This document shows, in pieces, positions 45,609 to 54,384 of a DNA stretch of 64,000 nt (the first letter of the stretch is position 1; the number at the start of each line of letters is the position of its first letter). Under the pieces are notes generated by a model that saw nothing but the letters and a program-made list of their open reading frames with translations, searched no databases and was not told where the DNA came from. The position numbers and the translations under genes were made by a program. Origin of the DNA: Gammaproteobacteria bacterium (lineage in GTDB: Bacteria; Pseudomonadota; Gammaproteobacteria; Steroidobacterales; Foliamicaceae). The stretch spans positions 89,949-153,948 of the forward strand of contig JAPOTY010000037.1 in the NCBI GenBank assembly GCA_026708965.1. Direction: 5' to 3'.

Positions 45609-46732
45609 CAGGTTTTCACGCCGCCGAATATATGGTATTCGCCCGAACCTAGGGGGTCGTATTCGGCGAAAACATGCTCGGCGTCAAAGCCGCCGTCGAT
45701 CAGCGCCTGACGCATGTCGGTGTCGGCATAGCCGGTCCAGAAGGGCTCGCCGTTGTTGACGACCTGCCAGTGATTGGTGACCTGCTTGGTGATGGAGAGG
45801 CGGTTGGGCTGGTAGGGCGTGTCCCCGTTCAGAAAGATCCCGCCAGGCGCCAACAGGCGATGGGCTTCGGCCATGATGCCGGGCAGGATGTCATGCCAGG
45901 TTTCATGGAACATGATGTGCGACACGATCAAGTCGAACTGGCCGTCGGCGAAGCCTGTTTCGTTCGCGTTGGCCTGCCGGTAGTTGATGGCCAGCCCTTT
46001 GTCCTCCGCCCATACATGGGCAAATTGCAAGAAGGGCCCGGATAGATCCACGCCCCATACCTCGGCCTTCGGAAACGCCTGCTTGTAGGCAATGGTATGC
46101 ACGCCCACGCCGCAGCCCATGTCGAGCAGGCTGGCGGGATCAGGTTTCGCGAACCGGCGGCGCAGAGCGCCTAGAAGGTAGTTTCCCATGCCTGGGTCGC
46201 CCACCTCGTCGCCCTCCGAGAGCCCCTTGGCGGCGCGGTACAGCTCGCCGGTGCCCATGTAATCCATGCCCCGCCTGAGGCTTGCATCGCCCGGCTGGCC
46301 GAAATAGCCGCCCGGCTGGCGATGAATTTCAACCTGCCGGATGGGATCGGGCGGAACGAAATCTTCTTTCAGCTCCAAGCGTCCTAGCGGCTCTCTCCTT
46401 GCCAGGGCCTCGCGGCGCGCTTCAAATTCCGGCAACAGCCGGTCGCAGGTTTCGCCTACGGTTTCCCACATCAGATCCTGGGAGGTGAATACGGAGCTTC
46501 CCCACAACTGGAAGAGGTGGTCTCCGCGAAAGGCCTCGGTTCCCTCCAGGCGATCCTTGGGCGCGCGTCCATGCGCCTTCGCATAGCCGGGCTTGACGGC
46601 ATCCTCGTAGCGCTTCGCAAGCCGCGCCTCCAGCGGGCCGTTCAAGTAGCCTTTCAGCGCGCCCACGAATGCCTGTCTCGATGCCTCGTCGTGGCGGGGG
46701 CGGTAAATTTCCTTCAATGTCTTTTCCGTCAT
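45608..46732 (-). CDS. Atypical class I SAM-dependent methyltransferase (module copy 3)
   Basis: 374 aa. LLDMGCGVGV, AEVWGVD, FDLIVSHIMFHET and APGGIF. Shares the EIHRQPGGYFG block and helical N-domain with 2922..4166 and 5031..6080. Confidence 0.85.
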   Translation of the reverse strand: MTEKTLKEIYRPRHDEASRQAFVGALKGYLNGPLEARLAKRYEDAVKPGYAKAHGRAPKDRLEGTEAFRGDHLFQLWGSSVFTSQDLMWETVGETCDRLLPEFEARREALARREPLGRLELKEDFVPPDPIRQVEIHRQPGGYFGQPGDASLRRGMDYMGTGELYRAAKGLSEGDEVGDPGMGNYLLGALRRRFAKPDPASLLDMGCGVGVHTIAYKQAFPKAEVWGVDLSGPFLQFAHVWAEDKGLAINYRQANANETGFADGQFDLIVSHIMFHETWHDILPGIMAEAHRLLAPGGIFLNGDTPYQPNRLSITKQVTNHWQVVNNGEPFWTGYADTDMRQALIDGGFDAEHVFAEYDPLGSGEYHIFGGVKT

Positions 46733-46946
46733 TGGGTTATCCTCGCGCGGAACGTCTCAATGTGCGGGGCATCTTATATCCGCGAGCACGGTAGCGAAAC
46801 TAGCCATTGCGTTATTGAGGCTCAAGTGGGCATTCGCTCTCTTGGGCGATGAACGCACAGACATTGCGATGGAATTCATTGCTCGGCTTAGGGCGCGGCG
46901 GGCAGGGGCATCCGCCTCTGGCGCTTGCCGCCAGCGGCGAGCAGGA

Positions 46947-47375
46947 TCAGAGCGTTTTCAGGTAGGCAATGAGCGCGGCGCGATTCCGCGCCTGCGGAAG
47001 GCCCGCGAAGTTCATGCTGGTGTCGGGAACCAGGTCGAACGGGCGCTGCAGCCACAGATCGAGTTTTTCTTCGTTCCAAACGAAATCCTGCGCTTTCAAG
47101 GCATCGGAATAGATTGAATCCTCCAGAACCGCCACTTGCCGGTTGAAGATTCCCGCGAGATTCGGGCCAATCTTGCTGCCGGAAACAATTTCCGTGGCAT
47201 GGCAGGCTTGGCAGAAGACATAAAGCCGCTTGCCCCGCGCAACCAACCTGGAAGCGGTGCTGTCGGATTGGGCGGCATCCTGCGCGACCAGCGTCGGAGG
47301 CAGAGCAACCGCCCCGCCAAGCAGAATTGCGAACAACGCGCCAGCGGCCATTGCCCTCCCGGTTTTTGAGATCAT
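46947..47375 (-). CDS. Periplasmic class I c-type cytochrome
   Basis: 142 aa with a signal peptide. Single heme motif CQACH and a distal Met region (DTSMNFAGL). Confidence 0.85.
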   Translation of the reverse strand: MISKTGRAMAAGALFAILLGGAVALPPTLVAQDAAQSDSTASRLVARGKRLYVFCQACHATEIVSGSKIGPNLAGIFNRQVAVLEDSIYSDALKAQDFVWNEEKLDLWLQRPFDLVPDTSMNFAGLPQARNRAALIAYLKTL

Positions 47376-47621
47376 AGTGTGCGCTCCAGTATTTCGACAG
47401 CCGCCCGCTCACCAATGCCGATTCCATTCCGCACAGCAACAGTTTAAGAGACATCACGCCAGCGAATAAGCCCGCTGGTTGGTGCTTGCATGCACCGCCG
47501 GAGCCGCGCGCCGCGATCAGCGCTCTTCTGCCGCTATAGAAGCGAGCCGGCTTGCGCGCGGTCGCTCGGCTTATTCAGTATGCGAGAATGCTGCTTCTGC
47601 AGTGAATGCGGAGGACAAGCA

Positions 47622-48629
47622 ATGCGGCATGTGCAGCTTTCGGCAGCCGGGCTTAAGCATCTGGCGCTGGTATCGGGCGGCACGCCCGATCCGGGGCCGG
47701 GGGAAGTGCGGGTGCGGATGCACTCGGCGGCGGTGAATTACCGCGATTACATGATTTGCGCGGGATTCTACGGGGGCGAGAAGGAATATCCGCTGATCCC
47801 GCTGTCGGATGGCGCCGGCGTGGTTGAGTCCATAGGTTCCGAAGTCACGCAATACCGCCCGGGCGACCGGGTAATGACCGTGTTTTGGCAGGATTGGGAA
47901 GCGCGGCCGGTGCGGTCCGGCGTGCGGACCCGTTCGACCGGCTGCGAGGCGCCCGGCGCCCTCGCCGAAATAGGCGTGTTCCCCGAGAGCGCGCTGCTGC
48001 CAGTGCCTGATGGCATGGCCATGGAGACCGCCGCCGCGCTGGGCTGCGCCGGTGTTGCGGCTTGGACGGCGCTGCGCTGCGGCGGTCCTGTGGGGCCAGA
48101 TTCGAAGGTGCTGCTGCTGGGCACCGGCGGCGTGTCCATCTTCGCGCTGCAAATCGCCAAGTCCATGGGGGCAACCACGGTGATTACTTCTTCGAGCGAC
48201 GAAAAGCTGGAGCGGGCAAGGGCGTTGGGCGCGGATGAAACCATCAACTACGCCAACACGCCCGAATGGGGGCTGGAGGTCTTCGAATTGGCTGGCGGCG
48301 GCGTGGATGTGGTGGTGGAGACCGGCGGCATGGGCACGCTTGGGCAATCGCTGCAGGCGCTGGGCCTCAATGGGTCCATTGGCATGCTCGTCGCGCTTGG
48401 CGGAATCACTGCGGAAATAAACCCGATGGCGCTGATCGGAAAGTGCGCAAGCATCCACGGAATTACCGTTGGCGCCCGCGAAGACCACGCCGCATTGAGC
48501 AAGCATCTGGCCCAGCATGGCATGGCGGCGGTGATTGACCGCGTGTTTCCGCTCGATCAGGGGCCGGAGGCAATCCGGGCGATCGCCCGCGGCGACCATT
48601 TCGGCAAGCTTCTGGTGAGCATTGCCTGA
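47622..48629 (+). CDS. Zinc-type / MDR-superfamily NAD(P)-dependent oxidoreductase (quinone-oxidoreductase-like)
   Basis: Start at MRHVQLSAAG, with GGAGG upstream. GEVRVRMHSAAVNYRD and the Rossmann motif LLLGTGGVS are present. Confidence 0.85.
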   Translation: MRHVQLSAAGLKHLALVSGGTPDPGPGEVRVRMHSAAVNYRDYMICAGFYGGEKEYPLIPLSDGAGVVESIGSEVTQYRPGDRVMTVFWQDWEARPVRSGVRTRSTGCEAPGALAEIGVFPESALLPVPDGMAMETAAALGCAGVAAWTALRCGGPVGPDSKVLLLGTGGVSIFALQIAKSMGATTVITSSSDEKLERARALGADETINYANTPEWGLEVFELAGGGVDVVVETGGMGTLGQSLQALGLNGSIGMLVALGGITAEINPMALIGKCASIHGITVGAREDHAALSKHLAQHGMAAVIDRVFPLDQGPEAIRAIARGDHFGKLLVSIA

Positions 48630-48669
48630 TATCGCCTGAGCTGAGCGCCGGACAACGCTGGTTTCCGCG

Positions 48670-49290
48670 ATGCTTGAAGCGCGAGGGCTGACGATCTGGA
48701 GAGGCGAGCGGCGCCTTTGCCACGATTTGTCCTTCAGTTTGGCGTCCGGCTCGCTGCTGTTGCTGCAAGGGCGAAACGGCTCCGGCAAAACATCGCTTTT
48801 GCGGTGTCTGGCCGGCCTGCTGCCGCTTGAATCAGGAACAGTCGAACTGAATGGCGTTGCCTATGGACGCGATCCGGCGCGCTATCTCCGTTGCCTGGGA
48901 TGGCTGGGGCACAAGGACGGGCTCAAGGCCGAACTGAGCGTTCGCCGCAATCTTGCCTTCAGGCTGCGGCTCGCGGGGCTTGCGGGTCAGGCGGGCAAGG
49001 AAGATGAACTGCTTGAAAGGGCCGGATTGAAGGGGCTTGAGAACCGGGTTGCAGCGCAACTGTCGTACGGGCAACGCCGGCGGCTGGCGCTGGCCGGCTT
49101 GATCGGGGTCGCCCCTCCGCTCTGGCTGCTGGACGAGCCTGATGCCAACCTGGATGCGCAGGGCAGGGAATGGCTGCAGCGGGAACTCGATTCGCACTTG
49201 GATGCGGGCGGCTGCGCCGTGCTAGCGGGCCATCGGATGGAATGGCGGTCCCGCGGCCCGGCGCCGCAGCTGATTCTTGGAATCGCCTAA
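48670..49290 (+). CDS. ccmA: Heme exporter ATP-binding protein CcmA
   Basis: 206 aa. Walker A GRNGSGKTS, signature LSYGQRRR, Walker B LWLLDEP. First gene of the ccm cluster. Confidence 0.9.
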   Translation: MLEARGLTIWRGERRLCHDLSFSLASGSLLLLQGRNGSGKTSLLRCLAGLLPLESGTVELNGVAYGRDPARYLRCLGWLGHKDGLKAELSVRRNLAFRLRLAGLAGQAGKEDELLERAGLKGLENRVAAQLSYGQRRRLALAGLIGVAPPLWLLDEPDANLDAQGREWLQRELDSHLDAGGCAVLAGHRMEWRSRGPAPQLILGIA

Positions 49291-49955
49291 TGAGAATAGG
49301 GCTGGCAGTGCTGAGGAATGAGTTTTTAATCTACTTTAAGAAGTGGGTACATATAATTATTAATATAGCATTTTTTATTTTCTCAACGTCTCTTTTTTCT
49401 CTCGTGGCAGGATTGGAGCAGGGATTGCTGGCGGAGTGGGGAGCCGGGGTGATCTGGGTGGTTGCCTTGCTATCGATGCTGCTTGCCATGCCGCTGCTGT
49501 TTCAACCGGACCGCGAGGATGGGACACTGGATCTTATGCTTTTAAGCGCAATGGATCCGGCTTGGCTGGCGCTGGCCAAGGCGGGCGCCAACTGGTGCGT
49601 TTTCGGGCTGCCATTGGTGCTTCTGTCGCCGTTGTTGGGAGCCAGCTACGGCTTGGAAGGAATTGCGCTGGTGGTTCTTCCCGCCACTCTGGCGCTCGGA
49701 ACGCCGGCGCTGATTCTGCTGGCCACCGTGGCCGCCGCCCTAACCGCTGGACTGCGCCGCGGCGTGGGATTGCTGGCGCTGCTGGTGCTGCCGCTGGCCT
49801 TGCCGATATTGCTGTTCGGCGTGCGGGCAACGGAACTGGCCGCGGACGGCTTTCCGACCGCCGCCCCGCTCATGATGCTGGGGGCGTTTCTGCTGCTGGC
49901 TCTGGGACTGCTGCCCTGGGCCGCAGGCGCTGCGCTGCGCGCCACGGCAAACTGA
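49290..49955 (+). CDS. ccmB: Heme exporter permease CcmB
   Basis: Start at MRIGLAVLRNEF, with the ATG sharing one base (49290) with the ccmA TAA stop. Collinear with E. coli CcmB from memory (...GVIWVVALLS...DGTLDLM...). Confidence 0.9.
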   Translation: MRIGLAVLRNEFLIYFKKWVHIIINIAFFIFSTSLFSLVAGLEQGLLAEWGAGVIWVVALLSMLLAMPLLFQPDREDGTLDLMLLSAMDPAWLALAKAGANWCVFGLPLVLLSPLLGASYGLEGIALVVLPATLALGTPALILLATVAAALTAGLRRGVGLLALLVLPLALPILLFGVRATELAADGFPTAAPLMMLGAFLLLALGLLPWAAGAALRATAN

Positions 49956-50034
49956 CCATGCCCCCGCGCGCCTTCCCCAAGCTAAAATAAGGCCTGCGGC
50001 TACGCCTTAGCCACAACCTGTCAGAGCACTCGAA

Positions 50035-50784
50035 ATGCGACTTCCCAATTGGCTGCACAAGCTTGCGTCTCCTCCGCATTTCTACCGGATTGCGGCGCGC
50101 ATCGAGCCTTGGATGCTCTGGTCGGGCCTTGCCGCCATCGCAGTCGGCGCTTTCGGCGGCTTGCTGCTGGCGCCGCCGGACTATCAGCAGGGCGATGCCT
50201 ACCGCATTATTTACTTCCATGTTCCCGCCGCCTATCTGGCGATGCAGCTCTACGCGCTGATGGCTATCGGCTCGGCGATCGGGCTGATATGGCGGATCAA
50301 GCTGGCCTATGCCATCGCCGCTGCCGCAGCGCCGGTGGGGCTGGCGTTCACCGGGCTGGCGCTGGCCACCGGCATGCTTTGGGGCAAGCCCATGTGGGGC
50401 GCCTACTGGAGCTGGGGCGATGCGCGGCTGACTTCGGTGCTGGTGATGTTCTTTCTCTATTTGGGCTATATGCTGCTGCATGCCTCGCTGGAAGAGCGTT
50501 CGACGGCGGACCGCGCGGCCGGCATTCTGGCAGTGGTGGGCGTGGTGAACCTGCCGATCATCAAGTTCTCGGTGGAATGGTGGAGCAGCCTGCACCAGGG
50601 GCCAACCATTTCCCGCTTGGCCGCGCCCGCAATCACCTGGGATATGCTTTGGCCTCTGCTGGTGATGGTGGCCGGGGCGGTGCTGTTTTCCATGGCGGTC
50701 ACGCTGACCCGGGCACGGGCCGAAGTGCTGTTGCGCGAGCGCGGCGCCCGCTGGGTGCAAGACGCGGTGGCGGCGGACGCATGA
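50035..50784 (+). CDS. ccmC: Heme exporter / heme lyase subunit CcmC
   Basis: 249 aa. WWD-type motif WGKPMWGAYWSWGDARLTS. Confidence 0.95.
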   Translation: MRLPNWLHKLASPPHFYRIAARIEPWMLWSGLAAIAVGAFGGLLLAPPDYQQGDAYRIIYFHVPAAYLAMQLYALMAIGSAIGLIWRIKLAYAIAAAAAPVGLAFTGLALATGMLWGKPMWGAYWSWGDARLTSVLVMFFLYLGYMLLHASLEERSTADRAAGILAVVGVVNLPIIKFSVEWWSSLHQGPTISRLAAPAITWDMLWPLLVMVAGAVLFSMAVTLTRARAEVLLRERGARWVQDAVAADA

Positions 50785-50960
50785 GGGAATTCCTAGCCAT
50801 GGGCGGCTATGCTGCGTTCGTCTGGTCCTGCGCGGGACTGTCGTTCGCGGTTTTGGCGGGGTTGATGCTCACTGCGCGGCGGCGCCTGCGGGGCGTGCGC
50901 GGACGTATACGGCAACGGAACGCGGCGCCGGACGAGGGCTCCTGGGAGCTGCGCGCATGA
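50781..50960 (+). CDS. ccmD: Heme exporter protein CcmD
   Basis: 59 aa (MREFLAMGGYAAFVWSCAGLSFAVLAGLML...). ATGA overlaps with both ccmC and ccmE. Correct position and size. Confidence 0.75.
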   Translation: MREFLAMGGYAAFVWSCAGLSFAVLAGLMLTARRRLRGVRGRIRQRNAAPDEGSWELRA

Positions 50961-51403
50961 CGCCGCGACGGCGCCGAATGGTGGCAATGGCCAGCGGCCT
51001 CGTCTGCTTGGCGGCAGCCACGGCGCTGGTGCTGACCGCTTTCGAGCAGAATATGCTTTATTTCTATACGCCCACGCAGATCGCCTCAGGCGAGGCGCCG
51101 GAAAGGCGGCGCCTGCGCGTTGGCGGGCTGGTCGAACGGGGCAGCGTGAGGCGCTTGTCCGGGGCGTTGGAAGTGCGCTTCGACGTGACCGATCTGGACC
51201 GCAGCGTCACTGTTGCCTATGCGGGCGTGCTGCCCGATCTTTTCCGTGAAGGGCAGGGCGTGGTTGCCCATGGCCGGCTGGGCGCGGACGGGCTGTTTGA
51301 GGCCGATGAAGTCCTGGCCCGTCACGACGAGAACTATATGCCGCCGGAAGTCGCGGAAATGCTGGAGGAAAAGGGCCATCCCCCGGATGCCTCCCTTCGT
51401 TGA
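50957..51403 (+). CDS. ccmE: Cytochrome c maturation heme chaperone CcmE
   Basis: 148 aa with an N-terminal anchor. RVGGLVERGSV...GVLPDLFREGQGVVAHG...VLARHDENYMPPEV (heme-binding His). Confidence 0.95.
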   Translation: MTPRRRRMVAMASGLVCLAAATALVLTAFEQNMLYFYTPTQIASGEAPERRRLRVGGLVERGSVRRLSGALEVRFDVTDLDRSVTVAYAGVLPDLFREGQGVVAHGRLGADGLFEADEVLARHDENYMPPEVAEMLEEKGHPPDASLR

Positions 51404-51484
51404 CACTCCTTCCGGGAACCAAGGAATCTCGTCTTCCAAGCCGTTGATGGCGCTTCGATCCCGCCCCTCGCTGCCGGTATAAGC

Positions 51485-53416
51485 ATGATTCCTGAAATCG
51501 GCCAGATCAGCCTGGCGCTCGCCTTATGCTTGGCGGTGGCCTTGGCCGTATTCCCGCTGGCGGGAGCGCATACGGGCAATGTCCGGTGGATGGAAGCAGG
51601 CCGGCCTTGCGCGCTGGGGATGCTGGCGTTTGTCGCGCTGGCGTTCGCCATGCTGGCGGTCAGCTTCTTCCGCCATGACTTCAGCGTCCAGTACGTGGCC
51701 CTGCATTCGAACCTCAAGCTGCCGGCCATGTACCGCTTCGCAGCGATCTGGGGCGCGCACGAGGGCTCGCTGGTTCTCTGGCAGCTCATCCTGAGCGGCT
51801 GGACCGCCGCCGTGGCGCTGGCCAGCCGCACGCTGCCGCAAACGCTCAGGGCGCGGGTTCTCGGCGTGCTGGGCCTGATCAGCATCGGCTTTCTGCTGTT
51901 CATCCTGCTCACGTCCAACCCCTTCCTGAGGCTGTTTCCTGCCGCCGCCGATGGCGCCGATCTGAACCCGCTGCTCCAGGATCCCGCCTTGGCGATGCAC
52001 CCTCCGTTGCTGTACATGGGCTATGTGGGGCTGGCCGTGCCTTTCGCCTTCGCGATCGCGGCCCTGCTGAGCGGCAAGCTCGACCGCCGCTGGGCGCGCT
52101 GGACCCGTCCATGGACCACCGCCGCCTGGATGTTTCTCACGGTGGGGATCGCCTTGGGAAGCTGGTGGGCCTACTACGAGCTGGGCTGGGGCGGATGGTG
52201 GTTCTGGGATCCAGTGGAGAACGCCTCGTTCATGCCTTGGCTGGCCGGCACCGCGCTGATCCATACCTTGGCCGTTACCGAGCGCCGCGGGCTGTTCGGC
52301 AACACCACGCTGCTTTTGGCGATCGCGGCCTTTGGCTTGAGCCTGCTCGGCACCTTCCTGGTTCGCTCCGGCGTGCTGGTTTCGGTGCATGCCTTCGCTA
52401 GCGATCCGGCCCGCGGCTTGTTCATCCTGGTGTTCCTGGCGGTCGTGATGGGCGGCGCGCTGCTGCTGTACGCATTCAGGAACGTCGCCGCCAATCCGCA
52501 GACCGGCTTTAAGCTGGTCTCGCGGGAATCGGCGCTGCTGGTCAACACGGTGCTGCTCAGCGCCGCCACGGTTCTGGTGTTGTTCGGCACGCTTTATCCG
52601 CTGGCGCTGGATGCCTTGGATATGGGAAAGATCTCCGTGGGGCCGCCTTATTTCAACTTGGTTTTCATCCTCCCCATGCTGCCGCTGCTGCTGGTTGTGG
52701 GCGCCGGCATGCATGCTTCCTGGAAGGCGACAGATACCGCTGCCTGGGCACGGAAGCTCAGGATTCCAGCCGCGGCCGCCGTTCTCGGGATGATCGCGCT
52801 GACCGCCGCGGCCTACGGATTTGCGGGCGTATTGACGGGCATCGGGATATTGGCCGGGTTATGGGTGATTGCGGCGGCGCTGCGCGATCCTGCGGTCTGG
52901 CTGCTTCGGCGCGGCCCGCGGCCGGCGCGTTCAGCCTGGGGCATGCAGGTGGCGCATTGCGGGCTGGGCGTGACCACGCTGGGCATCGTCGTTGTTTCCG
53001 CTTGGGGCGTGGAAACCGATCGCCGCCTAGCGCTGGGCGGAAGCCTTGAAGTGTCCGGATACGAATTCCAGCTTGAGCGCATCGAACAGGTCGAAGGACC
53101 GAATTACCAAGCCGCCCAAGGCGTGGTCCGGGTTTCCCGCGACGGCCGGCCGGTCACCACGCTGTATCCGCAAAAGCGCGTCTATGAGGTGCAGCAAAGC
53201 CCGATGACCGAGGCCGGCATCGATGCCGGATGGCGGCACGACCTGTTCGTCGCGCTCGGCGAGCCGCTGGGCGAGGAGGCTTGGAGCGTGCGCGTGCAAG
53301 TGAAGCCGCTGGTGCGATTTATCTGGCTGGGCGCGCTGATCATGGGACTGGGGGGTCTGCTGGCGATTTCGGATCGGCGTTACCGGGTGGCCTCGCCTAA
53401 GGAGGATGGGTCGTGA
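51485..53416 (+). CDS. ccmF: Cytochrome c heme lyase subunit CcmF
   Basis: 643 aa, polytopic. WGAHEGS and WWFWDPVENASFMPW motifs. Confidence 0.95.
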   Translation: MIPEIGQISLALALCLAVALAVFPLAGAHTGNVRWMEAGRPCALGMLAFVALAFAMLAVSFFRHDFSVQYVALHSNLKLPAMYRFAAIWGAHEGSLVLWQLILSGWTAAVALASRTLPQTLRARVLGVLGLISIGFLLFILLTSNPFLRLFPAAADGADLNPLLQDPALAMHPPLLYMGYVGLAVPFAFAIAALLSGKLDRRWARWTRPWTTAAWMFLTVGIALGSWWAYYELGWGGWWFWDPVENASFMPWLAGTALIHTLAVTERRGLFGNTTLLLAIAAFGLSLLGTFLVRSGVLVSVHAFASDPARGLFILVFLAVVMGGALLLYAFRNVAANPQTGFKLVSRESALLVNTVLLSAATVLVLFGTLYPLALDALDMGKISVGPPYFNLVFILPMLPLLLVVGAGMHASWKATDTAAWARKLRIPAAAAVLGMIALTAAAYGFAGVLTGIGILAGLWVIAAALRDPAVWLLRRGPRPARSAWGMQVAHCGLGVTTLGIVVVSAWGVETDRRLALGGSLEVSGYEFQLERIEQVEGPNYQAAQGVVRVSRDGRPVTTLYPQKRVYEVQQSPMTEAGIDAGWRHDLFVALGEPLGEEAWSVRVQVKPLVRFIWLGALIMGLGGLLAISDRRYRVASPKEDGS

Positions 53417-53958
53417 GCGGCGGCCGCCGGCGCGTGCGCTGGGTTCTGCTGCTGCCGTGCGCGGCGCTGGCTGTGATGGTGTATTTCTTCGCCGTCAGCC
53501 TGGGGCGCGACCCCAGCCTGGTGCCTTCGCCGCTCATCGGTCGCGCGGCGCCGGAATTCTCGCTGCCGGAGCTGCTGGACCCGGGTTCCGTTTTCTCCTT
53601 GCAGGATATCGAGGAAGGCCCTTGGATGCTGAATGTTTGGGCAAGCTGGTGCTCGGGCTGCATCGTCGAGCACGACTTCCTTATGGCGCTGGGCCGGGTT
53701 GACGCGCCGCTGTACGGGCTTAACTGGAAAGACGCGCCGGCGGACGCGCTGGAATGGTTGCAACTCAGAGGCAATCCCTACCGGGTCATTGCCGTCGATG
53801 CCGACGGGCGCGCCGGCATCGACTGGGGTGTTTACGGCGCGCCGGAAACCTTCCTGATCGATGCCAAAGGCATTGTGCGGCATCGGCATGTGGGACCTCT
53901 CGACGAAGCGGTATTCTCGCAAGTGTTCCTGCCCGTGCTCGAAGGCAGCATGCAATGA
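53413..53958 (+). CDS. ccmG: Thiol:disulfide interchange protein DsbE/CcmG
   Basis: 181 aa. Thioredoxin motif WASWCSGC, and GVYGAPETFLID. Confidence 0.95.
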   Translation: MSGGRRRVRWVLLLPCAALAVMVYFFAVSLGRDPSLVPSPLIGRAAPEFSLPELLDPGSVFSLQDIEEGPWMLNVWASWCSGCIVEHDFLMALGRVDAPLYGLNWKDAPADALEWLQLRGNPYRVIAVDADGRAGIDWGVYGAPETFLIDAKGIVRHRHVGPLDEAVFSQVFLPVLEGSMQ

Positions 53959-54374
53959 AAGGCTTTAAGGCGGCCACGGCGGCGGTTTCGCTGATGCTGG
54001 CGGCGGCAAGCGCCAGCGCCGTGGATACCGAGGCGCCGCTTCGGAGCGCCGAGCAGCAGAGCCTCTACCGCAAGCTGCTTGAGGAAGTGCGTTGCATGGT
54101 CTGCCAGAACCAGAACTTGGCCGATTCCGATGCGCCGCTGGCGAAAGACATGCGCCGCGAATTGCGCCGCATGGTGGCAGAGGGGGCAAGCGAGGGCGAT
54201 GTCAAGCAGTTTCTGCTGGACCGTTATGGCGACTTCGCCCTCTACCGTCCCCGGCTGGCGCCCAATACGCTCTTGCTTTGGATTGGCCCCGGCGTGATCG
54301 TGGCCCTTGCGCTGGGCGCGCTCGCGCTCGTCATCCGGCGCCGCATGAAGATGCCGATACCCGAGGAGGATTAG
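53955..54374 (+). CDS. ccmH: Cytochrome c-type biogenesis protein CcmH
   Basis: Start at MKGFKAATAAV (ATGA overlap with ccmG). RCMVCQNQNLADSDAP motif and a C-terminal TM segment. Confidence 0.9.
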   Translation: MKGFKAATAAVSLMLAAASASAVDTEAPLRSAEQQSLYRKLLEEVRCMVCQNQNLADSDAPLAKDMRRELRRMVAEGASEGDVKQFLLDRYGDFALYRPRLAPNTLLLWIGPGVIVALALGALALVIRRRMKMPIPEED

Positions 54375-54384
54375 CGCGCGGACC

